Assembly: GCA_002104905.1 (NCBI GenBank)
Contig: MCFE01000023.1
Span: forward strand, 1 to 64,000
From: Basidiobolus meristosporus CBS 931.73
Lineage: Eukaryota; Fungi; Basidiobolomycota
DNA: 64,000 nucleotides
Direction: 5' to 3'
A program made the translations under genes and the position numbers. Every line of letters starts with the position of its first letter. Position 1 is the stretch's first letter. The notes below the pieces were generated by a model. It searched no databases and had not been told where the DNA came from. It saw only the letters and a list, made by a program, of their open reading frames with translations. Shown piece by piece: positions 1 through 10,109 of the stretch.

Positions 1-121
1 TAAGAATTCATAATCAGTCCAATTACTGCTGGATTTGGTATATTGAAAACATTGTCCGACTTTGTTGGGAAACCAGTCCCAGCTAGCTTTTCAACCCAGC
101 TTCCCTTTTGCTTTTCGTATA

Positions 122-1558
122 ATGGCCAACTTTCCCCCACAGTGTATTAGCCAAATTCTCTCCTGGATATCCAACGACTACGAAACACTGCACACTGCAC
201 TAAACGTCAATAAGCTTTGGTGTCAACAAGCGGCATACGTATTGTATAGGTATCCATGGAGACATTTCCCCGAGAAGACAACCGGCGTAAACCCACCGCT
301 CACTCGCTGTCGTATTTCAAAACTTTTCCTAACCCTTATGAGCTGCGTACCCACGGAGCTGCTCAAAAACCTTTGTTTTCAGGAAAAGCTTGGGAAAACC
401 TACCTGCACAAGCCCAAGCCTCTCACGAATTATCTGCAGTATATGCGAGAGTTGGACCTGGTGTGGTTAACGACGTTTCCCTGGAATGTGAACGTAGAGT
501 TGATGAGCGACAGTTTGGAGGCCTTCATGAATATGGAATTGCTCGAGGCTTTGGCGAAATTTTTGTGGACCGAGTACGGTCACAGGATCCGTAAGGTCAT
601 CCTAACCCGCTCGATTCCTCTAGAGCAATTTTTTCCGCTGACCTCCGCAACACTGCTGACTACGCTAGACATTGAACTGGTGAGCTTCAAGCTGGTCCAT
701 TCGGAACTCATCAACAGAACATGTCACAGACTACAGACGCTCAAGATTGCTGCCACGGTCGTTGATGATTTGGCGGTTGCAACGGTGATCTCACATCAGG
801 CTTCAGGGGTCATGAGAAAACTGGTTGTCAGCTCGATGGAATCCTACTGTATTCACCGCACAATAGATGCACTCGTTAGATACCACGGCCATAGCATTAC
901 ACACCTAAAACTTTCTATGAACATTCTTACCTTGATCGATGCACAGGATAGGCAACTCTTCAATACTGCGCTTTCCAAAATCCGCTACCTGAAAAATATC
1001 ACTTCCCTCAGGCTGGCCGGATGGAAGCATGCTAGCAACGAGGTGATGCATCAGGTGGTACCTCACCTCACCCAACTCCAAAAGATACGGTTCGAAAATG
1101 TCCCCTTTGATCCGAACACCTGCGAGGCTGCAGTACGAGCCGCCGGTAGGAACTTACTTCAGGTCCATCTCACGACGGAAAACCAGGAGCTGGGGAACAC
1201 TTTGGCGTTGCTGGCCCGGCATTGTCCAAACATCACCCACATAGATATTCAAAAAATGCGCTTTCTGCCGGCGCATCTTCTGGAGGGCTTCGGCTTATGG
1301 CACCAGCTCAAATCGGTGAAGTTGGGCAACGTGGAGAGTGTGGAAACCCACATCGGTGACCAGATTGTCAACGGCGTGGTGACTCTTCTGCCACGGCTGC
1401 GAACCCTCTGTATGGGTTCGACTAGGATTTCCGAACTGTCTCTAGCCCGACTGGCTTCACATCCAGGCTTGAGATACATACAGCTGAATTCGCTCACTGA
1501 CGCATTCACCTCCCAGCAAGCATACGCACTGCTCGGCAGTAGACTTGAAATAGTGTAG
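122..1558 (+). CDS. F-box-like / RNI-like leucine-rich repeat protein
   Basis: Intronless ORF; first ATG at 122. N-terminal F-box-like segment (FPPQCISQILSWI..LHTALNVNKLWCQQAAYVLYRYPW) followed by LxxLxL repeats. Confidence 0.75.
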   Translation: MANFPPQCISQILSWISNDYETLHTALNVNKLWCQQAAYVLYRYPWRHFPEKTTGVNPPLTRCRISKLFLTLMSCVPTELLKNLCFQEKLGKTYLHKPKPLTNYLQYMRELDLVWLTTFPWNVNVELMSDSLEAFMNMELLEALAKFLWTEYGHRIRKVILTRSIPLEQFFPLTSATLLTTLDIELVSFKLVHSELINRTCHRLQTLKIAATVVDDLAVATVISHQASGVMRKLVVSSMESYCIHRTIDALVRYHGHSITHLKLSMNILTLIDAQDRQLFNTALSKIRYLKNITSLRLAGWKHASNEVMHQVVPHLTQLQKIRFENVPFDPNTCEAAVRAAGRNLLQVHLTTENQELGNTLALLARHCPNITHIDIQKMRFLPAHLLEGFGLWHQLKSVKLGNVESVETHIGDQIVNGVVTLLPRLRTLCMGSTRISELSLARLASHPGLRYIQLNSLTDAFTSQQAYALLGSRLEIV

Positions 1559-1715
1559 ATGTTCCAAATTAGAGTTTACGTACAATCCCCACTTTTGACT
1601 AATCATTTGATCAGTAATACCATAGAGACCATAGACCTGGATGTTGTATGATTACGTGTTGAAGTTGGAATCAGTCCATTAAAATAACGAACCTATTAAT
1701 TTAGCGTTGAATCAG

Positions 1716-1838
1716 GTCTTACCATGGGTACCGGCGAGGATGTCTTACCATATGTACTGGCGAGGATGTCTTACCATATGTACTGGCGAGGATGTCTTAC
1801 CTTTTGACCACTGTCTTACCACATGCACTGGCGAAGAT
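1716..1838. repeat. 26-bp tandem minisatellite (GTCTTACCATATGTACTGGCGAGGAT), about 4 copies
   Basis: Units at 1716-1741 (variant), 1742-1767 and 1768-1793 (identical), a partial unit at 1794-1800, and a diverged unit at 1813-1838. Confidence 0.9.
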
Positions 1839-2097
1839 ATGTTCAGCCCGATGAGTATCGAACCACCAACTTGAGGTGACATGAAAGGCGATTCAGGGAT
1901 TGAGTCAACCACGATGACACTATGATTAAGATGCTACGGCCGAGCCACGAAACGATTGGGCTTTCGTGGTGAGCTAGGTTTAGGAAAGTCCAGGGGCTTT
2001 GTGGTAGATCTTGGGCGTATCCATATCGCCATATAAATACTCTACCCGAGGTTCACCTAGGCAACCAAAATCCCCCTCCCCGCCTCCACCAGTTAGT

Positions 2098-3111
2098 ATG
2101 GTTCTTGAGTGGAATCTATTGAATGGAATTCGACTGGTGACAAACATCACTTCCCTAACTGTCTCCTGCATCGTGCTCCTATGCATCATTGGGATACGGG
2201 TCTACCGTAAAGATATGGCCGACCGAGTCTCCTTGCGCCTCACTGCCTTAGTAACAGCGAGTGACCTTTTGTATCATGCATGCCTGATCTTGGTCGGTGT
2301 CTTGGAGAACAGGGATGTTTGGAAGGTTTTCCGATGCCTCAGTTACGCATTTTTGACCACAAGCATCCTTTACACGGCATTGATCACGCTTAATCTCCAG
2401 TTGGTGATGATACACCATTGGCGCGGGACGGATCGCTTTCAGCTTGCTTACTATCTACTGCCGCCCATTCCCGCCTTCACCCTGGCCATTGTATGCTACT
2501 TCCTCCCATGGACTTCGCTGGCCTTTGGTGTTACCAGGGTTGATATCGTTACACTGGCCTTGACCATAGTGTTTGTGGCGGTCATGTTGTATTCCATTAC
2601 TGTCTGCACCATAATAATCATACGACTTCGCTCCGCCAGGAGATCCTCCATGAGCTTCGAGAGCGCACCTAGCTCTGGAGTCAAGGATCCAAAGGTCCTC
2701 ACCCGAGCAGTCATTCGCATCTCGTTGTACCCGCTGATTCTGTGTATCGTAGGGATCCCTTTCGTTTTTATCATGATCATACAGCTATCGACCCAGTCAG
2801 GCTACTACATCAGCTCCTACTATACCTGCGAATACAGCATTGCTCTGCTCGGAGTGCTCAATGGAATCGCCTTTGTGTTCGACCCAGTGCTGTACCACTG
2901 CTGCTCCCAGATACGCAGGGATCTGGTCACCCGCTATCGTGTCGAGGAGCAGTATGTCGTGGGCGGGGGCTTCAATTTCAGAAGATGGTTCACCCGAGTG
3001 TTCCTGCTCCCGAAGGATGCCGACTCAGAATCCACCTTGTTCTCCACCCGTGACGACAGCATGCACTGGAAGAGCGTCGAGAAGGATGAGGAAACACTAC
3101 GTTTAATTTAA
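2098..3111 (+). CDS. Multi-pass membrane protein, GPCR-like (Git3/cAMP-receptor-like)
   Basis: First ATG at 2098. About 7 hydrophobic segments, DRVSLRL after TM1, LYPLI in TM6, LNGIAFVFDP in TM7. Confidence 0.65.
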   Translation: MVLEWNLLNGIRLVTNITSLTVSCIVLLCIIGIRVYRKDMADRVSLRLTALVTASDLLYHACLILVGVLENRDVWKVFRCLSYAFLTTSILYTALITLNLQLVMIHHWRGTDRFQLAYYLLPPIPAFTLAIVCYFLPWTSLAFGVTRVDIVTLALTIVFVAVMLYSITVCTIIIIRLRSARRSSMSFESAPSSGVKDPKVLTRAVIRISLYPLILCIVGIPFVFIMIIQLSTQSGYYISSYYTCEYSIALLGVLNGIAFVFDPVLYHCCSQIRRDLVTRYRVEEQYVVGGGFNFRRWFTRVFLLPKDADSESTLFSTRDDSMHWKSVEKDEETLRLI

Positions 3112-3494
3112 GCCTGTTACTGAGCGAAATCCCTATGATTTGTAGTATCCCAATCGTTGTAAATAAACCTAATTGATTCTGTGATGCAAAGCCAATCCAT
3201 GCAAGCGCTTGGCTAATATGGACAGAGTATTGTCAAATAAGGAATGCGCGTAACTGCGCAGCTACTCCCATATTTGGTAATCTTGACACAAAGTGGTCGC
3301 TCTCCACCCTATTTGATGAGCTACTAGGAAGCCAGAGGGAGAGGGGGGAGAAATGATATTGCGATATTTAGATTGCAACAGGTACTCAACAGCCACCAAA
3401 GCCATACCACTCTTTCTACTAAACCAACATCTATATAACCAGCTTGAGACTCTCGAGTGCCACAGCCCATATACTCACAGATAGATAGACCGCA

Positions 3495-4067
3495 ATGATT
3501 TCTATAGTACACCGTGCACCACACAAATTTTTGATATTAGATTGTCCTTCCGACAAAACTTTACCAAACTATATACCCAAGTTGCTGGAACACGGGGTAA
3601 AGGATCTGGTGCGGATTAGCGATGCAGACAACAATTACAACATTCGACCACTGGAAGAGGTCGGCATCAACGTGCACGACGAGATGAAGTTCGACGATGG
3701 CTCGGTACCCTCCAAAACGGTTGTCGACAATTGGTTAAACCTGATCTACGACAATTTTGCCAACGAGGAAGCCATCGCTGTGCACTGCGTATCGGGGATA
3801 GGTAGAGCGCCGGTAAGTGTGTGTGTGTGTGTGGTGGGTGGGTCTCCCATGCGTTAGTACCGCTTATTAAGCTTGGAATTCTAGGTCTTGGTTACGATTG
3901 CTCTGATCGAACTTGGTATGGATTCACTGGATGCTATTGAGTATGTGAGGAAGCAGCGACGCGGGGCACTCAATCGCAAACAGATTGCATTCTTAGATAG
4001 TTACAAGCCCAGAGGGGGTAGACGGAAATCCAAAGGGTTCTTTAAAAAACTGTTTGGCAAGTCCTAG
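3495..4067 (+). CDS. PRL/PTP4A-like protein tyrosine phosphatase (2 exons; intron 3813-3884)
   Basis: Catalytic motif HCVSGIGRAP and an FDDG acid loop. Exon 2 reads VLVTIALIELGMDSLDAIEYVRKQRRGALNRKQ...KKLFGKS*. Confidence 0.85.
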
Positions 4068-4641
4068 AGTCAGATGTACCACCTGCGGAAACTACTCAAG
4101 GTGAATGTGTGTCAAACCGCAGTACTCAAGGTATTATAGGTGAATGTATGATAAAGGAACAAATTAGCAGATAACAAAAAATAACCACGGGACAGATACA
4201 CTAACAAGTTAATAAAAAATCAAAGTTCTTTAATCAAATTAAGCTACCTCATGCTAGCACTGGGTGTATCACCTCTGGCTCCATCAAATGGGCATATCGC
4301 AGCTGAATCGAAACCGTTGGTTAGTGTTCTGGACTGTTAGATTCGCGTGTTCTTCCTGTCTAGACCAGGCCAAATACGGTCATTATGAAACTGCTGGTCA
4401 GTAGGAACAATCATCAGAAATACGACCATGTAAATAAATACTGGATCTCCTTCTCATTGGGTTTGGAATGTCTTTTTTGCTTCGAGAACTTGCCTTTTTT
4501 AAATTGATTTGTTCGCTTTATATCGTCGTGTCTAGCCACTCAGTGATATTTTTAACAAACCCAATAAACCATTATCCACTGTCACTACCTCTTCTTTCCA
4601 ACTCTTGCCTTCTTTCAGTTTCATAATTTGGAGTTCAAGCG

Positions 4642-7097
4642 ATGGGCTTGACAAACTCGAAATCTGTGCCTCAATTCGAAGCAGACAAAGAATTAATATA
4701 CGATGAGCGAGATAAAGATACCGCTGACGATTGGATTCCTCGTCACCCCTCCCTAATACGTCTCACAGGGAAATACCCGTTTAACGCCGAGCCCCCATTG
4801 CGACGACTCTACCAAGACGGATACATCACCTCAACTGCTTTGCATCACGTCAGAAACCATGGATACGTGCCAAGGCTTAATTGGGAAACGCATACCCTTG
4901 AGGTGTCAGGGTAAGTAATGTTTCAAAGATAGCTCGCCTTCTGATTACCTTACTCATTTTTCCCACTAGGTTTTCAAATACAACCAAAGTTCTGACCATG
5001 GACGACATAGCTTCCATAAAAAAAGTCGAGATCCCGGTGACCCTCGCTTGTTCTGGCAACAGACGCAAGGAGATAGCCACACAGAATCAACAAGGTCGCG
5101 TGTGGAAAAAGGTTGCGGCCAGCACTGCTATGTGGGGTGGGGTTTATTTGCGAGATATACTAGATTTATGCGGATTAGAGGATGTACCTGAAAACGAAAC
5201 GTGGCATGTTCACTTCGAAGGTTGTGATCAATTACCAAACGGTACTTACGCTACCAGCATCCCCCTCGCGCATTGTCTTGATCCAGAACAAGAAGCCCTG
5301 TTGGCATACGAAATGAATGGCGAACGATTGACGCCCGACCACGGGTTCCCCATTCGCCTAATTGTTCCAGGGTATATAGGCGGACGAATGGTCAAGTGGC
5401 TTAAGCGAATCTACATTTCTAACAAGGAAAGCGACAACTGGTATTATAAAAACGAAAACAGGGATCTCGCAACACCCCCGCATAACGAAGAGGCTAGTAG
5501 CAATGATCTTCCTATCAGCGAATTGACCCCGAACGTCACATTATGCATCCCTGGACACAAAGAGTTGGCACATATGACACAAGGCGCTTGTATCCTTCGA
5601 GGGTACGCGTTTACTGGAGATGGAAGCAAGGTGGAAGGTGTAGAGGTATCCTTCGATCAAGGGGAAAGCTGGCATCCATGCAACCTTTGTCCGCAACAAG
5701 GCTCGCCAGATAGAGATAAATGGTGGGCCTGGGTGTTCTGGTCGTTCACGGTCTTGACGTCGGATCTTGCCCACGCAGAGGATATTTACATCCGGATCGC
5801 CCCTTCAGAGTCGACCACAAAAGCCACAAAAGATACCTATCAAATAATCAAACTTGCAGTAGAGATGGACAGACATCAGGATCAAATGATTCGATTCTTG
5901 CACCCCATTTCACAAGTCGATTCCTCCGGATGGTTGGAGCAAACCATGAGCCAGAAAAGAAAACGCAAAGCAGACGGCTTTGTGGAGGAAACATTAGTCA
6001 AGCGCAAGTGCATCATTCCTAGACCGCGAGTGTTCACTGCTGAAGAGGTTGCCTGCCACCACAAACCAGATGACGCATGGGTCTCCATTTACGGGCGAGT
6101 GTATGACTGCACCGACTTCATGAAGGTGCACCCTGGTGGAATGGAGACCATTGCCGCCAATGCAGGAACAGACTGCACCAGGGAATTTGGAGATATTCAT
6201 TCATCTGGTGCTATTGAGATGTTGGAGCCTTATTGCATTGGGCGATTGGCGGATTCGATCCGTCAGGAGCCAATCTTAGAAGTCATAAAGCCTCATGATT
6301 TAGTCGCACTATCGCCGCTGAAATATACCGCCTTTCCTCTAATCAAGAAAGTCATTCTTAGTAAAGATACCCGCCTTTTCCGCCTTGGATTACCTTCACC
6401 CAAGCATCGTATGGGCCTTCCTCTGGGAAAGCACATTCTACTCCGTGCCAAAATCAACGGCAGAACCATCGTTCGTCCTTACACTCCGGTCTCCACCGAA
6501 GCCGACCTGGGCTACCTAGATCTGGCGATTAAAGTCTACTTCAAAGGAACCCATCCAAAGTACCCCAACGGCGGCAAATTCTCGCAATACTTGGACTCCC
6601 TCGAGATTGGAGACACTGTAGAGGTTAAAGGGCCGATGGGTGAGTTCAACTACGATGGCCACGGGGCCTATCGTGTTGAGCGCAAACACATCAAAGGAGC
6701 CGCTCGTAACTTCGCTATGATTGCTGGTGGAACAGGACTGACACCAATGCTTCAGCTAATTCGAGCCATCCTGAAAGATCCCACTGATAATACAAAGATT
6801 TCCCTTTTGTTCGCTAACAAAAGCGAAGAGGATATACTCCTACGTGACGAGTTGGAAAATTTGTCCGTTCAATACCCCGATCAACTAAAGGTATGGTATA
6901 CCATCGACGAAACGTACCTGTCGGAGTGGCCTTATAGCACTGGATTCATTACGTATGAAATGATCCGAAACCACCTTCCCAAACCAATTGAAGATACTGT
7001 GGTCCTGATGAGTGGCCCCCCGCCAATGTTAAAGTTCACATGTATCCCGAACTTAGAGAAACTCGGGTACGACCTTCAAAAATGCTTCACTTTCTGA
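4642..7097 (+). CDS. Eukaryotic nitrate-reductase-like enzyme (Moco + cytochrome b5 + FAD/NAD(P)H domains), 798 aa, intron 4911-4969
   Basis: Moco motifs RLTGKYPFNAEPP, VRNHG, LACSGNRRKE, PDHGFPIR and GGRMVKWL. Heme motifs HPGG and DIHS. Reductase motifs RPYTP, GGTGLTP and SGPPPM. Splicing gtaagt...cactag restores the frame. Confidence 0.88.
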
Positions 7098-7496
7098 TTT
7101 TTGCAACATACCATACCTGGCATATTTCTCCGGAGAAACCTTTAAAGACAGGTTCAGTACATACTTGCATTTTCCCTTGCATTTACCACCCTTGGTGTAC
7201 ATAAGTATTTGATATCACACCATCCTCTCTCACTCCTTGATAGTTTAGAAAGCTATCATCCGCTCTTTCTCTTCCGTTTAGCTTTCAATGATTTGGTTAT
7301 TTTTGTACAAACGCCTAGCCTTCGCTTTTCTCATCCTATATACCTTCCCCTGCTGTACCATCTTGAGGAGTTTTCTTCCTGTGTACTCCTTTACGCACAA
7401 ATAATTCTTGGGAAACAATAAAAAGATCGATCACTATGGAATTCTAATAGTTTACACGAGTTAGTAGAGATATGGTACAATCTATATTCGCAGTCC

Positions 7497-8631
7497 TTAT
7501 TGATTTGATAACTCCGAGTATTGATCAAGCAGCAATGCGGATACATCTATGAATATGGTGGAGTTGTCAGTGATTGATCAACTGGAAATATAGATAGATC
7601 TGGACCTTGCATATCATTGAATTCTACTCCAATTAACTCCCACCATCCATGAGTTCCAGTGGTGGTCAGAGTCTCTTCCAGAAATCTCGATGCTACATAT
7701 AGAGCTGATGCTGCAACTACTTGCGGTGGATATGTGATACACAATATACTTCGTAAACTGTCCAGGTAGAGATGATATGTAAGACTACGAATGTTGGATC
7801 CGAGGCAAGATGCTTCCATACCTATCGTTGATAAAGGCCCAGGCGGTTTGGGCAAGTTTTTTTGAACCTAGGTAACGAGATGTAAATCAATTTCCGAATG
7901 GAACGGGCATATATGCTGGACTCTACCTCGTAACTCTTTCACCAAGCTTAACAATATTTTGTAAGGATGCTCGACGGCCAAGTCAAAGCACAATGTCTCA
8001 AGAAGTACCTCTTCGTTGTATAGGATTGTATCTTTCCACCTCTGAAATTCCTGTGAGGAGATTATTCTTTGTATGCTCGATACTTTATAGCTGAAGGTCA
8101 ACCTGCCTTGGAATTTTCCTCGAGAAAAAGTTTATCGTTTTTCTGGGCTTTCTGTGCGCACACGTTGATGATATCTCGGAGCTTTCTGCCGGTTTCCTCG
8201 ACTTTGGAAGCCAAAAGAATGCAAGTAGCGCCCATGTCCTGTTCCGACCATCGTTAGACACAAAGAAATCGCAACCACCAGCAGCAAGTGTTAAATGGAT
8301 TTGCTGGCTTCACAAGAGTTAGCCGTAACTTACATAATAGTGAAACTCCTTTAAAGATCGGCGAAGGTAAAACCGGTGGAAATATACGGTAGCAGTGGCC
8401 AAAGTAAGCTGAGGCCTTTTAAAATATAGAAACCATCGGTATCTGATAAACACTAGTCGGTCAAGCTGAAGAGCGCACTTACAGCTTCAAGCCCATCCCG
8501 ACGCTTACGATAAAGGTACACCCCTTAGCACGGTCAGCTACCTCTTTTTCATAGGGAATGCCATCGTTTGCAGACGGTGTCTTCCGAAAATCGACATTTT
8601 TGATGTACCAACGAAGCGAACCTGAGGTCAT
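7497..8631 (-). CDS. Transcriptional cyclin (cyclin K/T-like, CDK9/CTK-type partner), multi-exon
   Basis: Spliced translation: MTSGSLRWY..TPS..DGI..RAKGCTFIVSVGMGLKLPQLTLATATVYFHRFY..GATCILLASKVEE..EEVLLETLCFDLAVEHPY..DQYSELSNQ*. Confidence 0.88.
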
Positions 8632-8966
8632 AACGGTTGGGAATAGCAATACCTACTTTGACAGTCCATTTTGAGACCACTTTTTCTACACAGCCGAAAA
8701 ATGTTTGTATGCTCATTGGATTTTATCATCCCAGTTAAACAGAGAATTAACTCGGAGCCTTGACATAAACCAGAAATATTCAAGCTATGGGCCATTTTAT
8801 TACTGCAATACTGTATAGGTAGTGTATTGTGGTTGGTTGTTTCTTCCAACAATTGTAATCACGCTTTGAACTACAGAATGATTCAATAAAACATGAGCAG
8901 CAATTCCCGCTCTGATGCATTCTAAATACATGATCAAAGCACCAATAGTTGTCAGCATGTTCCGAA

Positions 8967-9546
8967 TCACTGAGACTTGTTGATGTCGTTGATAGCGGCA
9001 TTAGCCTTGGCTGTAACCTTGCCAAACAGGCCATCCAGGCGGCTCTCATGTTGAAGGAGCAGAGGACGGAGGAAGGCCTTGTAAACATACTCAGCCCCCT
9101 TGAATTGAGGGAGAAGCAACCAGAGGAGGGCACCCAACTTGAAAAGATAGTAGAAGGGAATCCAGTACAAAAGGGCATCACTGAAGTATTCAACGACGTT
9201 CACAAAGCCGTAAACGGTCCAGTAGGTAAGCCACTGGGTGTCGTCTTCCTTGGTGTGAGATTCAATGGCCTTGAAAGATGCATAGGCTAACAAAGTAAGA
9301 GTGTTGGTGAGAGTGCTTAATGCGGCAAGGAAGCAGCTCAATAGCCTTACCAGGATAAACCCAACCTACCAAGTTGGTGAGGAGAGAGCCAGCGATATTG
9401 AAGAAAATGAAGAGCACGAAAAGTCCACCAAAGCCAGCAACGGCATAGGTCTTGGGAACGCCAGTCTTCTGCTCAACCTGGTGGAAGATGGGGTATTTGG
9501 AGAGCTCTTTTTCAAGCTGGTCTTGGTAATAACGGACTTTATCCAT
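8967..9546 (-). CDS. YOP1: ER-shaping protein YOP1/DP1/REEP (TB2/DP1/HVA22 family)
   Basis: VGWVYP|AYASFKAIES..DDTQWLTYW..FYYLFK..LWLLLPQFKGA; one intron. Confidence 0.92.
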
Positions 9547-10109
9547 TGGAGAAGGGAATTAACGGAGGATTGGTGAGGTTAAGAGTAGATTCTGATCAGG
9601 GGAGCCAATATTTATATTTGCACCATTGTAGGGAGTTTAAAACTGCTTACGACTACTGGATCAAACAAGTTCCAATCACACAAACAACAATGACGATGGC
9701 GGTATTTCTTATGGTAATGCACTCTCCCTTTCTACCTAATTTTAGGCCAGTCCGACCATCACTGCCTCTGTGTGGTAGCACCATTTTCAATGCAGGAGAT
9801 ATTTAGCTTTCTTGGCAGGGCAAGTGTATCTTATGGTGTATATCAGGAACAAGTATTTTCATTTCCAGCATATGGAAGGTAGCCTCAATCATAGACAACC
9901 ATTCCGGGTGTTTTCACGTGAAAACCATCGCGATGGTCGGTTGGTGAATATTAATCGGGAATCGAATTATTAGCTGCGTTATTGGCGGAATCATCTCAAC
10001 CATCAATATGCCGGTTTGACGTTTATATATATATTAGAATTACATCTATAAAGGAGAACAAAAATGGGTTGTAACTATTTCTACACAAGGTTGAAAAGTG
10101 GGCGCCGAG

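Noticed and set aside
1716-1838. CRISPR-like array
   Set aside because: The repeats are head-to-tail without unique spacers, the context is eukaryotic, and there are no cas genes.
3816-3834. (GT)n run in the PRL intron, and the poly-G at 37469-37480
   Set aside because: Ordinary intronic microsatellite and homopolymer.
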